Of a stretch of DNA of 64,000 bases, positions 61,401-64,000 are shown in pieces. The stretch is taken from contig CAJINV010000001.1 in NCBI GenBank assembly GCA_905178155.1, positions 11,701,832 through 11,765,831 on the forward strand. The letters are read 5' to 3'. The translations under genes were made by a program, and so were the position numbers. Origin of the DNA: Amoebophrya sp. A120. Its lineage: Eukaryota > Protista > Dinoflagellata. How positions within the stretch are numbered: the first letter of the stretch is position 1; every line of letters begins with the position of its first letter. The notes under the pieces were generated by a model. That model was not told the origin of the DNA, searched no databases, and worked only from the letters and a program-made list of their open reading frames with translations.

Positions 61401-62983
61401 CGACGCTTTGCCGACCGTCTTCGCGACGAAGGGGATTGCCCACGCCTTGCTCGGCCTCGTCTTTTCCTTGTCCGCACCACTCGAAATTTCCAGAGGGCAG
61501 GGCTTTGCGCAGTCGAAGGAGGTCTCGATGTTGTTTGGTAGTGCCAATGTCGTGTAGTCGCTGTTCTCCAGTTGGAGCCAGGCGACGTACTTTCTGCCTT
61601 CAACCAGGTTGACTAAAGACGGCTGCCGGTAAAGGCTATTCCAATCATCCATGGTGGTAAACGCAGGTCGGGTGCCGTCGTCCGGGCGAACCACGATTCT
61701 CATCAAACTCGGTTCCGAGGTGGCAACCATAGAGGTCGCTGTGTTGTTTGCAATGCGGTTGTCTTTCACGGTCACCTGCGCTCTCGCGGGGCCGGTGGAA
61801 GCGGCAGTGCCAGTCGCGATTAGACTCGCGAACCCGGTCTTGCTGTCCACGTCGATAAGCTTCTTATTCGAGGCTTCGAACGAGAAATCCGGGGTCGGCA
61901 GGGTCAGGAATGGCAGGTCCGCGAGCTCTGACCCAGACTTGTACACTTTAACGCCGAACTGCACTTCGGCCCCCGGGATGGTCCAGAGGTAGGTTGGAAA
62001 GAGCATGACGTTCTCACTGATAGTCAGCAGCACGTCTTTCGCGGCGACCTTTTGGTTCTCGGTTTTCACAGAGACAAGGGTTTGCCCGGTCGCTTTCCCG
62101 CGGACCATCAAGACGTCACTGTACTTGCCCTCCTCTTCCAACTGGGTTCGCTGCCCGGATACGTAGGCCCTGGGAGGTGGTATTGTCAGATTTGATATTT
62201 TTAAGGCAACGACGACTTTCGAGCGCGCAAGTCTACTAGGCACATAAATTGGTGGTTCTACTTCGAATATGCAATTTTAATACTCAGTTTCCCGCATCTG
62301 CGTGTGCTGCAAGATATTGTGGTCCCGGATGCGCCAGTCAAACGAGATTCCCTCCAAGGACGTGAAAAGATTTCTTTCCGCGTCATATCCCTGCACTGCC
62401 AATTGGTCGACGTCGTCGACATTTATTCTCCTTGCGGGCGTCACGATTTCCAGGTCCTGGATGTCGCTGACGTACACATCGCAAGGCTTCGACCCAGTCT
62501 GCGGATCCTTTGCGAAGATGATACTCTTTCCGGAAGATTTTGGCGCGACAATCGCATAGCCCGGGCCTTGTTCCACGATGGAAACGATATCCTGTTGAGA
62601 GGGAGAGGTCGAACATTGGTATTTTCTACAGAAGCGTATCGAGGTGAGATGAAATTTGGTTTTCTAAAATTGACAGATGCACAAATATCAGTCACAGTCG
62701 ATCTTCCAGTAAGGGAAAAGCAAAAAACACATCGCAATACCGGCATCAAGCTTTCCCATGAGTAAGTTCCGCCGTATGCTTCGATGCGGTACCGCACATC
62801 ACCGTGATTTGGTAATCTGACGGTCTTTGCTGAAATCTTCGATTGCTCAGTGAAAGCCGCCGAAATTCGTTGTGATTGCGCTGAAGTCGCGGCGATCTCT
62901 CCCCAAATGGACAGCAAACACCACACCCAGCAGCACAGGCTGGCGATGCAGCGCATCGCGGGTGGTCGTAAAAGCGGAATCAT
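55485..62983 (-). CDS. NUP210: Nuclear pore membrane glycoprotein 210 (gp210), multi-exon
   Basis: Signal peptide; YRIEAYGGTYSW; IFAKDPQTGSKPCDVYVSDIQDLEIVTPARRI...AVQGYDAERNLFTSLEGISFDW; repeated Ig-like beta domains (GGTGSYEY, YTSKDPSVVSVDHSTG); single C-terminal TM WQYIVLLLIVAGSCYFLF. The introns I could trace are GT-AG. Confidence 0.85.
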
Positions 62984-63908
62984 TTCAATCGTAGCGTCGT
63001 CCGCAACTACTGCGAGTTATTCAGGAGTCGAAAATCTGCTTCTGCTTGTGAAACATGTATTTGTCGCTTCGGGCCGGTCGCTTGTGGTGCACAAGTTCAA
63101 TCATTCTTACAGCAGTGTGCGGTCGTCGTCCGTTAGCCTGGCTACTTTCTTGCGCTCTTTCCGCCTCGTAGTGACGTTCCAAAAGAGCCTATTTCTGAAT
63201 ATGGTCGAACAAACATATCACAGCCTGGTACAGTGAGAGTGAGAAAGTATGGCAAAAAGATTTCTTTTCGAAGATCATGCGCTCCTTCGTGAACAGAAGA
63301 AGTCAAGAAAAACGTAGGTTATTTCTGAAGCGATCTCTTGAGTCTTTTTCGATCTACAAAGAAGGTGTTGAGGACCTGTACTTATCGTCTGTGAATCCGG
63401 AGCACTTTCGTATTTCATTGATCAAACTCAGCAGCGGAGAGGAAAGAAGGATCACCAAGCACGAACTGGATCTGTACGCTTCTCCTGAATAACGTTAATT
63501 CCACATACTGTGCTAATGTATGGATCTACTAAATTCCGTTACCGTTGCTTATTCTTTGTTATCTTGGCGGCCAGCACGCGTTTGCGAACAGCACAGTGAC
63601 GATATCATCGGTAGGAGACGATCTGTGACAAATAGAGAATCATATTTCAAGTCAAAGAAAAGCTCGTTCTCAGGGGTACAGGAAGGGCATCGCATTTATC
63701 GCAATCGCAGTTGAACTTGGACTTGCAAGCTCGATCTACACGAATTTTCATCGAAAGACAAGGACCCGATCTGTAATAGTCGGAAGGAAATTGATTTTTC
63801 TGTGGCGCTAGCTTTCTCCTTGTTCTGCGGCGTCCACAAATCTGACAAGACACAATATCCGGCTCCTACTTCAGTGGCTTTTAATACATGCAAATTGTTA
63901 GGAACGCT

Positions 63909-64000
63909 TCACTTTTTCTTGACCGGCTTCGCTTTCGGTGCGGCAGACTTCATGGCGGTGGCTTTCGCTTTCGGTGCTGCCTTCATCGGCTTCGCCGCTG
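63909..64000 (-). CDS. C-terminal tail of a basic K/A/P-rich (histone H1-like) protein, partial
   Basis: Minus strand reads AAKPMKAAPKAKATAMKSAAPKAKPVKKK*, stop at 63909-63911. Confidence 0.55.
   Translation of the reverse strand, partial: AAKPMKAAPKAKATAMKSAAPKAKPVKKK

Noticed and set aside
14575-61992. Numerous plus-strand ORFs of 100-335 aa
   Set aside because: They are antisense shadows of GC-rich minus-strand coding exons and show no recognisable motifs.
1-64000. Autonomous transposase or RT for the introners; dinoflagellate spliced-leader relics; tRNA or rRNA genes
   Set aside because: No DDE, tyrosine-recombinase or intact RT motifs, no CCGTAGCCATTTTGGCTCAAG-like sequence and no structural RNA were recognised by eye. 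Absence is not proven without HMM or Infernal searches.
63909-64000. Calling the K/A-rich tail a DVNP
   Set aside because: Only 29 low-complexity C-terminal residues are visible and the diagnostic DVNP core is not in the window.

Overview
Eukaryotic, gene-dense 64 kb window in which every supportable gene (about 14) lies on the minus strand. Recognisable genes: zuotin/DNAJC2 (partial), a CELF-type RRM protein, AP-3 delta adaptin, ALG11, RNA pol III subunit RPC6, an SVIP-like p97 cofactor, ubiquilin/Dsk2, an acyl-CoA dehydrogenase, a PHD-finger protein and NUP210/gp210, plus several large lineage-specific proteins. Besides ordinary short GT-AG introns, coding exons are interrupted by ten non-canonical insertions from four families. 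All ten begin TAT, end ATA, carry terminal inverted repeats, are flanked by a 5-bp direct repeat, and restore the reading frame when the element plus one repeat copy is removed. This architecture (one-strand gene block plus TIR/DR introner elements) points by inference to a syndinian parasitic dinoflagellate such as Amoebophrya. Patterns that look less described: (i) two unrelated poly(A)-tailed retro-insertions sit inside two different introner families at nearly the same target sequence (TGTGAYGCAKATTT^G); (ii) six of the ten introners occur as mixed-family pairs 47-68 nt apart; (iii) all families share a repeated GCATSACA-like motif; (iv) a predicted secreted protein of about 1,600 aa carries a bacterial-type HicA RNase-toxin domain split by a 1-nt frameshift. 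All calls come from reading the sequence by eye; no searches were run.
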